DNA of 64,000 bases, taken from NCBI RefSeq assembly GCF_009914755.1, contig NC_060925.1. One strand, given 5' to 3'. Below, piece after piece: positions 1-12,009 of this stretch (its first letter is position 1; each line of letters begins with the position of its first letter). A model generated the notes under the pieces. That model searched no databases. It worked only from the letters and a program-made list of their open reading frames with translations, and had not been told where the DNA came from. The DNA is from the human T2T-CHM13v2.0 reference genome, Homo sapiens. A program made the translations under genes and the position numbers.

Positions 1-591
1 TTGTGCCCATAAAGCCTGTCATAGCTTAGAGGAATGCTTGGAAAGGAATGAAAGAGGAAGTATCAGTCACTGGGTGTGGGAGGGCTGATGGGGTAAGAAA
101 CAGCATGCTCAGAAGCTCAGAAGCTTACAGAAAGCAGGACATATTTTGGGAAATAAAAGAAAGGAGTTTGGTGTGAAGTGCACAGGTAAAGCCAGAAACA
201 TGGGCAAAGGAGCATCTGAGCCCCGAATTCCATGGGGGAGTAACTGGAGGCCAGATCACACAGAAGACACAGACAACAACCCAATTTGACCCACTTTTCC
301 CAAAGCCCACTCTGGATGTTCAGTGGAGGATGGATGGGGTGAGACAGCTCCTGGAAGGCTGCTTTCCTAATCGGCAGGGACATGGTGGGGATGTGGCGAG
401 GAGGGTATGGCTGAGAGAGATGATTAAAGGCAGAACGAAGGTGATGTGACTCCCACACTGCTGTGTGTGGTGAGCACGTGGAAGGTGGTGCTAATGCACA
501 TGGCAGAGAAGAGAGCCCAGAACCCTCAGACCCCAGTGCTACCTGAGCTTTGGCAGCCCCTCCTATCCTGCAGGCTACACTCGCCACTCAC

Positions 592-888
592 CTTGGACAC
601 AGAGTTTCCTAAGGTCTAAGACTGCAGCTTTCTGATCCACCTGGTTGCTGACCACACAGGTGAGGTGGGTGTTGCACTGGCACAGGGGCAGGTTCACAGC
701 CAGTGTCCAGGGGTTGGGGGCTGGTCCTGGTGTTTCTCTCTGCTCCAGCTCTCTGAGGAGGCCCTTGCTCTCCCAAGTCACATTCAGGTCCTCTGTGGCC
801 CCTGGAGCCCTACACGCCAGGGTGATGTTACACAGGTCTGGTGTGATAGACAGTGACTTTGCCAGGAACTCAGGGTGAGGCACAGGCT
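592..888 (-). CDS. IgC2-domain exon of a CD2/SLAM-family receptor gene (third coding exon, 297 nt, phase 1-1)
   Basis: Acceptor ttttgtccccctctgccccag|AG at 889/888; donor CAAG|gtgagt at 592/591; open frame (E)PVPHPEFLAKSLSITPDLCNITLACRAPGATEDLNVTWESKG...LTCVVSNQVDQKAAVLDLRKLCVQ with the SLAM-type C2 pattern PVPxP / C-x5-C / VTW / TCxVSN / terminal C; sequons NIT and NVT. Confidence 0.9.
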
Positions 889-1732
889 CTGGGGCAGAGG
901 GGGACAAAAGAGGGTAATCTCACATGTGTGGAGAACATTGCACGTCTCAGTTTTCATAATTTTCTCATTGCAGCCATGGCATGTGCCCTATAAAGAAAGT
1001 GGGTGTATTCTACAGATGAAACACAATTTGCCCAAAGCTAAATACTGAGCAAATGAAATAAGAAGGGAAGCCACTGAGTTCAGCTCCATGTGGGTTCTCT
1101 AGATTCAACATGTCTTAAAACTGTCCCAAAGAAAACAAAATCTGGACTCTACCTTCCCAGGATGCAGGGTTTTCAGAATATCAGGGTCTTTCCAAGAAGG
1201 GGAAGAAGTCTGGGGAAGAAAAGCTTGTGCTGGACCAGGGTCCCTCCCCTGTGTCTCCAGCTGAGGCCATGCCTGAGACTGCATAGCCCTTGTGGGGCAG
1301 GACATCAGGTCAGCTCTGGGAGGCCAGAGAAAGGCCCATGATCCCTAAAGGAGACACGTCTGTGGGAGATGCGGTGATAGTGACTGGGAACAATGACTCT
1401 GAGTGTGCTTAGAAAGTGCCACTGAACCTGTGTTGCAGACAGAAGAGAAGAATCAGATTCACAGGCCAGCCTGAGAAATCACACGGGACCTAAAGCTGCA
1501 AAAGCCACTCTCTCCATGGCAGGATATTTCCCTATGCAGAGAGGAACTTTAGGGAAAGAAAGAGTTTCTAAATGGGTTCCCTAAGAAGTGTTGTGGTGTA
1601 AACTTTCTCCTACACATATGGAGGCTTTGAGAGCTAGATTTGTGGCGGCTTGTGTGACTGAGGCCGGCTTTGGGCTGGGGCTGAGTGAGAGGAGAGGGGA
1701 CTGGGAGGACTCCATTCACAGGGATTCCCAAC

Positions 1733-2166
1733 TGTGGTAGGCAGAACAGTGGCCTCCAAAATGTCTAGGGCCAATCCTCGTAACCTGGGAATAGGTTAGG
1801 CTGCTAGAGAGGAGGAATTAAGGTTGATGGCATTAAGATGGAATTAAGGTGGCTAATCAGCTGACTTTAAAATACGGAGATGATTCTGAATTCCCAAACA
1901 CTAACATCAGTGTTCTATTAGGAGACACAGGAAGATGGCCATGAGCCATGGGATGCCAGCAGCCACTAGCAGGTGGAAAAGGTGAAAAAACAAGTTCTCC
2001 CCTGGAGTCCCCATAAAGAACACAGCCCTGCCACCACCTTCATTTTAGCTCACGGACACTTGTGTCAGGCCTCTGGCCTGTAGCACAGTGAGATAATAAA
2101 TTTATCTTGCTTTCAGCCAATAATTTTTGACAATTTGTTACATCAGCAATAAAAAATTACTATACA
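1733..2166 (+). mobile_element. MaLR solo LTR (MLT1D-like) in the V-C2 intron
   Basis: Starts tgtggtaggcagaa; contains ggaattaaggtggctaatcagctgactttaaaata and aataaatttatcttgc; ends tataca. Confidence 0.7.
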
Positions 2167-2448
2167 AATTGACATTAGTCATATATAGGACGATTAATGT
2201 TATTGAAAAAATTGCTGTTTTTCAGAATTTTTATTTCCTCTTCCAAAACACTGAAAGAGCTTCATTCCCTGGTGTGAATCTCAGCTCTGCTCTCTATGTC
2301 TGGGGACCTCACAAGCCTTATTTTTAGTGGAGAAAATGAAGTCTGAAGGTCGGTGTCTGAATGGAACCCTGCATGGGGCCTATGTGACATTCTAGGGACA
2401 AAAAAAGCAGGTAAGCCAGAGGATGGGGGAGGGAGGGGTGTCACTCAC

Positions 2449-2841
2449 CATAGACAGTGAGGTAGAAAACCTGGAAAATCCCCTCTCCCTTAGTAGAGGT
2501 GATGTTGGCAAAGTACTGCCCACTGTCTTCAGGGGCCAGGTTCTCAATCCTCAGGGATGACATGCTGGGTACATGGACCCTCTGCTTGAACTTGTCCTGG
2601 AGTTTCAACCAGGTTGGAGAGTCGGCCCCACTGCGGACTCGCAGCAACTGTGTATGATCTGTCAGAGTGCCCAAAGCCCATAGAACCTCCTCCAACTCGG
2701 TGCCTACATCTACTCTGAGCTTCTCGATCGCATTAAACAAGATAGAACCTCCTCGGATGCCCTTCAGATGAATGGGGGCTCCAGAATCCTTCCCTGCAGA
2801 GCCATGTGCTCCAGAAGTGTTGGCTGCAGTTCTGCAGACAC
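2449..2841 (-). CDS. IgV-domain exon of the same CD2/SLAM-family receptor gene (393 nt, phase 1-1)
   Basis: Acceptor tttcctgtttctatgccctag|GT at 2842/2841; donor TATG|gtgagt at 2449/2448; 131 codons without stop: (S)VCRTAANTSGAHGSAGKDSGAPIHLKGIRGGSILF...EEVLW...KFKQRVHVPSMSSLRIENLAPEDSGQYFA...FYLTVY. It has GGS-x-L, C-strand W, SLxIxNL and EDSGxY motifs and lacks the B-F cysteine pair, as in CD2-family V domains. Confidence 0.9.
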
Positions 2842-3150
2842 CTAGGGCATAGAAACAGGAAACATGAGTATTTCCTCATCAAGATCAAATGAGAGAACCA
2901 CAGAACTTTGGTTCAGAGTCACAGAAATCCATCAAAAATCCTCCCTTGATTCTGGGGGGGCTGCCTAGTACAATGGACTTGAAGCAATTTTAGCATCCAC
3001 TCCTGGTTCTAGTGGAGTGTGATCTTGAACAGGTTCCTGAACCCCTCGATCTTCGGTTTTCTTACCTGCCCCATAATGAGAGTAAGGATCAAATGAGACC
3101 CTAGATCAAAAGCACCTAGCACATTTTCTGGCATATGCTAAGTGCATAAC

Positions 3151-3610
3151 TGCAGGAGGCAGCTTCTAACATGGCTCCCAAGGATGCCTCCCCACTGTGT
3201 GCACACCCCTGTGTAATGCCCTCCCCTGGAGTATGGGCTGCACTGATTACTTGCAAACGCGGCAAAAGTGATGGAGTGTCCCTTCTGTCTGTCTCACATC
3301 CTCTGTCTCCATCACTCTCTCCTGTTCAGGCTGATGAAGCCCGCTACCACATTGTGAGCTGCTCTGTGGAGAGGCCCACATGGCAGGGAGCTAAGGGCAG
3401 CCTCGACCAATACCTTCATTCCAGTCTCTGTGACCTTGAGCCACAGGACCCAGCTGAACGACACCTGGACCCTGACCTCCATAAACTGTGAGACAATGAA
3501 CCACAGGAACCAGGTCCTGGGTTCTGACCTCCATAAACGGTGAGACCATGTCCCATATTGTGTTAAGGCCCTAAGTTCTAGGGTTACAGGTCACACAATA
3601 CACAACTAAG
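3151..3610 (+). mobile_element. MaLR LTR (MLT1E/F-like) with a small internal duplication
   Basis: gcagcttctaacatggctcccaaggat start, tgtggagaggcccacatggcagggagctaagg; motif gacctccataaac(t/g)gtgagac occurs twice (~3474 and ~3526). Confidence 0.55.
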
Positions 3611-4827
3611 GCAAAGATGAAGGTTGCTTTCCTTTGCCTTTCCTTCTAGGAAGGGAATTAGCCCAGATAGGATAGGGCAGGATAAGACAGGGCATGAATT
3701 ATACAGGTTGTCCTGTGGCAACAGTTACAAAAGTCAGGGACTTAGAACAAAGGGAGTTTGTATATTACTCACATTACATGTCCCACAAGGGATAGTGAGA
3801 GAAGGGTCATGTCACTCGTGGGTGGGGGCTCCACACCTTGTAGCAGCTCCATATGGAACCCAGAGCCTCATCACATCCTCCTCCATCCCCACAGTAGAGA
3901 AGGAAGGAGATAAGAGAGGCACCCGTGGGGCATTCACTGCACCATCCAGAAGTGATGTAATCTCTACCCATATTTTCTGGACAGAACTAGTTAGGAGACC
4001 CTGCTAACTTCCAGGGGCTGAAAGTGTGGGGGAGCAGATGGACTGTTTGGTGGCATTCTGTCCCTGCCACCAAAAGAGCACTTCCCTATGCAGTGCCCAT
4101 GAGGACCCTGGTCAGTCTCCCTCAGTCACTGTCTCCCAAAGAGCCCTGACCAGTGGGGACAGCCGCCTCAGCTCCACCTCTTTCTGAGCCCTTCCTTGTC
4201 AATCAGGCACATCCACAATGAACCCAGAGACCTCTGTCCTTCCTGGGGACCAGGGTGGGACCAATCTGGACCAGGTCCATCTGGGTTTGTTGCTGTGTGG
4301 CAGGGCACCCAGTGCTCTCTCTAATGACTAAATTCCTCCCTATTTTCAGCCTGCACCGTTCTGCTGTCCTACACCCATTCCTGGTTCTCACTGAAAGCAA
4401 ATAGCTCATGCCAATCCTTAGATGTGGAAGCATTTCAAATATTTATGTTTCCAGTTATACACTAACTCAGTTCACCAACCCCCTCCTCTGGGCCAGGCCT
4501 CACTCCCTCCTTTCAGCTCCCTCAAGGGACTAGGCCCCACCCCAGGCTCAGCACCCCTTAGCACCAGGACCACAGGCCTTCAGGATCCACATCAGTGAGT
4601 TAGTGGTTTTGTCAGTCCATTTTTGCATTGCTATAAAGAAATATCTAAGGCTAGATAGTTTATAAAGAAAACATGTCTAATTGGCTCACAGTTCTGCATG
4701 CTGTACAGGAAGTGTAGAGCCAGCATCTGCTCCTGGTGGGGGCCTCAGAAAGATCACAGTCATGGTGGAAGGCAAAGGGTAGCCAGCATATTACATGGTC
4801 AGAGCAAGGGCAAGAGAGATGGGGAGG

Positions 4828-7800
4828 AAGATGGCCGAGTAGGAACAGCTCTGTTCTGCAGCTCTCAGTGAGATCAATGCAGAAGGCGGGTGATTTCTGC
4901 ATTTCCAACTGAGGTACCTGGCTCATCTCACTGCGAGTGGTTAGACAGTGGGTGTTGCCCATGGATGGTGAGCTGGAAGCACAAGGGGTTGGGGAACTCC
5001 CTCCCCTAACCAAGGAAAGCCGTGAAGGACCCTGCCATGAAGGACTGTGCTATCTGGCCCAAATACCACGCTTTTCCCACAGTCATCACAACCCGCACAC
5101 CAGGAGATTCCCTCGGGTGCCTAAGCCACCAGGGTCCTGGATTTCAAGCACAAAACTGGGCAGCCATTTGGGTAGACACTGAGCTAGCTGCAGGAGTTTT
5201 TTTTTTCATACCCCAGTGGCACAGGTGAGACAGAACAGTTCACCTCCCTGAAAAGGGGGCTGAAGCCAGGGAGCCAAGTGGTCTAGCTCAGCGGATCCCA
5301 ACCCCACGGAGTCCGGCAAGCTAAGATCCACTGACTTGAAATTCTCACTGCCAGCACAGCAGTCTGAAGTTGACCTGGGATGCTCAAGCTTGGTAGGGGG
5401 AGGGGCATCTGCCATTACTGAGGTTTGAGTAGGTGGTTTTCCCGTCACAGTGCAAACAAAGCTGTTGGGAAGTTTGAACTGGGCAGATCCCACTACAGCT
5501 TGGCAAAGCCGCAGTAGCCAGACTACCTCTCTAGATTCCTCCTCTCTGGGCAGGGCATCTCTGAAAGAAAGGCAGCAGCCCCAGTAAGGGGATTATAGAT
5601 AAAACTCCCATTTCCCTGGGACAGAGCACCTGAAGGAAGGGGCAGCTGTGGGTCCAGCTTCAGCAGACTTAAAGGTTCCTGCCAGCAGGAACCTGTGGAT
5701 CTACCCGTACAGTTCTTGAACTCTGCTGAGGGACAGACTGCCTCCCCAGGTGGGTCCCCCTGGGGGGGGTGACCCCCATTCTTCTTGACTGAGGGACACC
5801 TCCCAGCAGGGGTCGACAGACACCACATACAGGAGAGCTCCAGCTGGCATCTGGTGGGTGCCCTCTGGGAGGAAGTTTCCAGAGGAAGGAACAGGCAGCA
5901 ATCTTCGCTGTTCTGCAGCCTCCGCTGGTGATACCCAGGCAAACAGGGTCTGGACTGGACCTCCAGCAAACCTGCAGCAGAGGGGCCTGACTGTTCGAAG
6001 GAAAACTAACAAACAGAAAGGAGTAGCATCAACATCAACAAAATGGATGTCCACACAGAATCCCCATCCAAAGGTCACCAACATCAAAGCCCCAAGATAG
6101 ATAAATCCATGAAGATGAGAAAAAACCAGAGCAAAAAGGCTGAAAATTCCAAAAACCAGAATGCCTCTTCTCCTCCAAAGGATCACAACTCCTTGCCAAC
6201 AAGGGAACACAACTGGATGGAGAATGAATTTGACAAATTGACAGAAGTAGGCTTCAGAAGGTGGGTAATAATAAACTCCTCCAAGCTAAAGGAGCATGTA
6301 CTATCCCAATGCAAGGAAGCTAAGAACATGGAGAAAAGGTTAGAGGAATTGCTAACTAGAAAAACCATTTATGGGAGAACATAAATGACTTGATAGAGCC
6401 GAAAAACAGCACAAGAACATTGTGAAGCATACACAAGTATCAATAGGTGAATTGATCAAGAGGAAAAAAGATATCAGAGTTTTAAGATCAACCTAATGAA
6501 ATAAAGCATGAAGACAAGATTAGAGAAAAAAGAATGAAAAGGTATGAACAAAGCCTTCAAGTAATATGGGACTATATGAAAAGACCAAACCTATGTTTGA
6601 CTGGTGTACCTGAAGGTGATGGGGAGAATGGAAACAAGTTGGAAAACACTCTTCAGGATATTATCCAGGAGAACTTCCCCATCTAGCAGCACAGGCCAAC
6701 ATTCAAATTCAGGAAATACAGAGAACAACACAAAGATACTCCCTGAGAAGAACAACTCCAAGACACATAATCGTCAGATCACCAAGGTTGAAATGAAGGA
6801 AAAAATGTTAAGGGCAGCCAGAGAGAAAGGTCGGGTTACCCACAAAGGGAAGCCCATCAGACTCACAGTGGATCTCTCTGCAGAAATCCTACAAGCCAGA
6901 AGAGAGTGGGGGCTAATATTCAACATGCTTAAAGAGAAGAATTTTCAACCCAGAATTGCATCTCCAACCAAACTAAGCTTTGTAAGCGATGGAGAAAAAA
7001 AATTCTTTAGAGACAAGCAAATGCTGAGAGATTTTGTCACCACCAGGCCTGCCTTACAAGAGCTCCTGAAGGAAGCACTAAATATGGAAAGGAAAAACCG
7101 GTATCAGCCACTGCAAAAACATACCAAATGGTAAAGACCATTGACACTATGAAGAAACTGCATCAACTAATGGGCAAAATAACCAGCTAGAATCCTAATG
7201 ACAGAATAAAATTAACACATAACAAAATTAGCCTTAAATGTAAACAGGCTAAATGTCCCAATTAAAAGACACAGACTGGCCAATTGGATAAAGAGTCAAG
7301 ACCTATCAGTGTTCTGTATTCAGGAGACCCATCTCATGTGCAAAGACATACATAGGCTCAGAATAAAGGGATGGAGGAATATTTACCAAGCAAATGGAAA
7401 TAAAAAAAAAAAAGCCGGGGTTGCAATCCTAGTCTCTGATAAAACAGACTTTAAACCAACAAAGATCAAAAGAGACAAAGAAGGCCATTACATAATGGTA
7501 AAGGGATCAATGCCACAAGAAGAGCTAACTATACTAAATATATATGCGTCCAATACAAGAGCACCCAGATTCATAAAGCAAGTTCTTAGAGACCTACAAA
7601 GAGACTTAGACTCCCACAGAATAATAGTTGGAGACTTTATCACCCCATTGTCAGTATTAGACAGATCAACGAGATAGAAAATTAACAAGGATTTTCAGGA
7701 TTTGAATTCAGCTCTGGACCAGGCGGACCTAATAGATGTCTACAAAACTCTCCACCCCAAATCAACAGAATATACATTTTTCTCAGCACCATATAGCACT

Positions 7801-10800
7801 TATTCTAAAATCGACCACATAATTGGAAGTAAAAAACTCCTCAGCAAATGCAAAAGAATGGAATTCAAAACAAACAGTCTCTCAGACCACAGTGAAATCA
7901 AATTAGAACTCAGGATTAAGAAACTCACTCAAAATTGCACAACTACATGGAAACCGAACAACCCGCTCTTGAATGACTACTAGGTAAATAATGAAATTCA
8001 GGCAGAAATAAATAAGTTCTTTGAAACCAATGAGAACAAAGACACAATGTACCAGAATCTCTGGGACACAGCTAGAGCAGTGTGTAGAGGGAAATTTATA
8101 GCACTAAATGCCCACAGGAGAAAGCAGGAAAGATCTAAAATCGACACCCTAACATCACAATTAAAAGAACTAGAGAAGCAAGAGCAAACAAATTCAAAAG
8201 CTGGCAGAAGACAAGAAATAACTAAGATCAGAGCAGAACTGAAGGAGATACAGACATGAAAAACCCTTGAAAGAAAATCAAGTAATCCAGGAGCCAGTTT
8301 TTTGAAAAGATAACAAAATAGATAGACTGCTAGCCAGACTAATAAAAAAGAAAAGAAAGAAGAATTAAAAAGATTTAAATAGACACAATAAAAAATGATA
8401 AAGGGGATATCACCATCAATCCCACAGAAATACAAACTACCATCAGAGAATACTATAATCACCTCTGCACAAATAAACTAGAAAATCTAGAAGAAATGAA
8501 TAAATTCCTGGACACATGCACCCTCCCAAGACAAAACCAGAAAGAAGTTGAATCCCTGAATAGACCAATAACAAGTTCTGAAATTGAGGCAGTAATTAAT
8601 AGCCTGCCAACCAAAAACAGCCCAGGACCAGACTGATTCAGAGATGAATTCTACCAGAGGTAAAGAGAGGAGCTGGTACCATTCCCTCCGAAACTATTCA
8701 AAACAATAGAAAAAGAGGGACTCATCCCTAACTCATTTTATGAGGCCAGCATCATCCTGATACTAAAACCTGGCAGAGACATAACAAAAAAAGAAAATTT
8801 CAGGCCAATATCCCTGATGAACATCAATGGGAAAATCCTCAAAAAAATACTGGCAAACCAAATCCAGCAACACATCAAAAAGCTTGTCCTTCATGATCTA
8901 GTGGGCTTCATCCCTGAGATGCAAGGCTGGTTCAACATATGCAAATCAATAAACGTAATCCATCACATAACAGAATCAATTTCAAAAACCACATGATTAT
9001 CTTGATAGATGCAGAAAAGGCCTTCAATAAAATTCAACACCGCTTCATGCTAAAAATTCTCAGTAGACTACGTGTAGATGGAACGTATCTTAAAATAATA
9101 AGAGCTATTTATGACAAACCCCCAGCCAATATCATATAGAATGGGCCAAAACTGGAAGCATTCCCTTGGAAAGCCAGCAGAAGACAAAGATGCCCTTTTT
9201 CACCACTTCTATCCAACATACTGTTCAGAGTTCTGGCCAGGGCAATAAGCCAAGAGAAAGAAATAAAGTTTATTCGAATAGGAAGAGAGAATGTCAAATT
9301 GCCTCTGTTTACAGATTACATAATTGTATATTTAGAAAAGTCCATCATTTCAGCCCCAAATCTCCTTAAGCTGATAAGCAACTTCAGCAAAGTCTCAGGA
9401 TACAAAATCAATGTGCAAAAATCACAAGCATTCCTATACACCAATAATAGACAAACAGAGAGCCAGATCATGAGTGAACTCCCATTCACAATTGCTACAA
9501 AGAGAATAAAATACCTAGGAATCCAATCCACGAGGGATGTGAAGGACCTCTTCAAGGAGAACTACAAATCACTGCTCAAGAAAATAAGAGAGGACACAAA
9601 CAAATGGAAAAACATTCCATGCTCATGGATAGGAAGAATCAATATCGTGAAAATGGCCATACTGCCAAAAGTAATTTATAGATTCAATGCTATCCCCATC
9701 AAGCTACCATTGACACTCTTCACAGAATTAGAAAAAGCTACTTTAAATTTCATATGGAACCAAAAGAGAGCTCGTATAGCTAAGACAATCCTAAGCAAAG
9801 AGAATAAACCTGGAGGCATCACACCACCTGACTTCAACCTATACTACAAGGCTACCATAACCAAAACAGCATGGTACTTGTACCAAAACAGATATATAGA
9901 CCAACGGAACAGAACAGAGGCCTCAGAAATAATGCCACACATCTACAACCATCTGATCTTTGACAAACCTAACAAAAACAAGCCATGAGGAAAGGATTTC
10001 CTATTTAATAAATGGTGCTGGGAAAACTGGCTAGCCATATACAGAAAACTGAAACTGGACCCCTTCCTTACACATTATAGAAAAATTAACTCAAGATGGA
10101 TTAAAGACTTAAATGTAAGACCTAAATCATAAAAATCCTAGGAGAAAACCTAGCCAATACCATTCAGGACACAGGCATGGGCACAGACTTCATGACTAAA
10201 ATACCAAAAGCAGTGGCAACAAAAGCCAAAATTGACAAATGGGATTTAATTAAACTAAAGAGCTTCTGCACAGCAAGAGAAACTATCATCACAGTGAACA
10301 GGCAACCTACAGAATGGAAAACATTTTTGCAATCTATCCATCTGACAAAGGGCTAATATCCAGAATCTACAAAGAACTTAAACAAATTTACAAGAAAAAT
10401 ATGAACAACCCCATAAAAAAGTGGGCAAAGGATAGGAACAGACACTTCTCAAAAGAAGACATTTTTGCAGCCCACAGACATAAATAAAAATTCATCATCA
10501 CTGGTCATTACGGAAATGCAAATCAAAACCACAATGAGATACCATCTCATGCCAGTTAGAATGGGGATCATTAAAAAGTCAGGAAACAACAGATGCTGGA
10601 GAGGATGTGGAGATTTTGGAATGCTTTTACACTGTTGGTGGGAGTGTAAATTAGTTCAACCATTGTGGAAGACTGTGGCAATTCCTCAAGGATCTAGAAG
10701 AAGAAATATCATTTGACCCAGCAATCCCATTACTGGATATATATGCAAAGGATTATAAATCATTCTACTATAAAGACACATGCACATGTATGTTTATTGC

Positions 10801-11230
10801 AGCACTATTCACAACAGCAAAGACTTGGAAGCAACTCAAATGCCCATCAATGATAGACTGGATAAAGAAAATGTGGCACATATACACCATGGAATACTAG
10901 GCAGCTGTAAAAATGGATGAGTTCATGTCCTTTGCAGGGACAAGGATGAAACTGGAAACCATCATTCTCAGCAAACTAACACAAGTACAGAAAACCAAAC
11001 ACTCTGTGTACTCACTCTTAAGTGGGAGTTGAACAATGAGAGCACATGGACACAGGAAGGGTAACATCACACACCAGGGCCTGCTGGGGGGTGGGGTGCT
11101 AGAGGAGAGATATCATTAGGACAAATACCTAATGTAGATGACGGGTTGATGGGTGCAGCAAACCACTATGGCATGAGTATACCTATGTAACAACTCTGCA
11201 TGTTCTGCACATGTATCCCAGAACTTAAAG
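4828..11230 (+). mobile_element. Near full-length LINE-1 (L1PA7/8-like), inactivated; antisense within the large intron of the SLAM-like gene
   Basis: 5'UTR aagatggccgagtaggaacagctc; ORF1 remnants (6043-6384, 6604-7134 ending RYQPLQKHTKW); ORF2 endonuclease/RT pieces (7309-7677, 7702-7983, 9299-9988) broken by stops and frameshifts; 3'UTR ends cagaacttaaag. Confidence 0.95.
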
Positions 11231-11231
11231 G

Positions 11232-11490
11232 ATATATATATGTGTGTGTATATATATATATATATGTATATATATACACATATATATGTATATATACACA
11301 CATATATATGTGTGTATATATACATATATATATGTATATATACACACATATATATGTATATATACACACATATGTGTGTATATATACATATATATGTATA
11401 TATACACACATATATATGTATATATATACATATATGTGTGTATATATACATATATGTATATATATACATATATATATACACATATATATG
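11232..11490. repeat. Complex (TA/CA/TG)n microsatellite
   Basis: ~260 bp of alternating purine-pyrimidine tatatatgtatatatacaca units. Confidence 0.95.
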
Positions 11491-11494
11491 AACA

Positions 11495-12009
11495 AATTGA
11501 AATTCTAACAAAAGACACATACATGTATATGTTCATTGCAACATTATTCACAATAGCAAAGATGTGGAATCAATCTAAATGCCTATCAATGGTAGACTGG
11601 ATAAAGAAAATATGGTACATATACACCATAGAATACTATGCATCCATAAAAAAGAATGAGATCGTGTCTTTTGCAGGAAAGGGGGTGGAGCTGGAGACCA
11701 TCATCCTTAGCAAACTAATGCAGGAAAAGAAAGATAAATACCGTATGTTCTCACATGTAAGTGGGAGCTAAATGATGAGAACACATGGACACAAAGTAGG
11801 AAACAACAGACACTGGGGCCTACTTGAGTGTAAAGGGTGGGAGGAGGGAAAGGATCCGAAAAAAAATAACTATTGGGTGGTAGGCTTAGTACCTGAGTGA
11901 AGAAATAATCTGTACAACAACCCCCCATGATATGAGTTTAACTATATAACAAACTTGCACGTGTATCCCTGCAGCTAAAATAAAAGTCAACAAAAAGAAA
12001 AAAAAAAAA
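11495..12009 (+). mobile_element. 3' end of an older L1 (L1PA13-16-like) with its own poly(A)
   Basis: aaagacacatacatgtatatgttcattgc...aaaaataactattgggtggtaggcttagtacctg...aaaataaaagtcaacaaaaagaaaaaaaaaaaa. Confidence 0.85.

Noticed and set aside
117-587. 156-aa and 61-aa ORFs just downstream of the C2 exon as a possible transmembrane exon
   Set aside because: No convincing acceptor plus hydrophobic helix plus basic stop-transfer; treated as intron. The real TM exon is presumably outside the window.
575-2448. In-frame stops just after the V and C2 donors (VYGE*, VQGEWRV*) as soluble isoforms
   Set aside because: Expected by-product of GTGAGT donors and intron sequence; no supporting evidence for use.
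11116-11771. Y/I/H/T-rich ORFs
   Set aside because: Translations of the TA/CA microsatellite.
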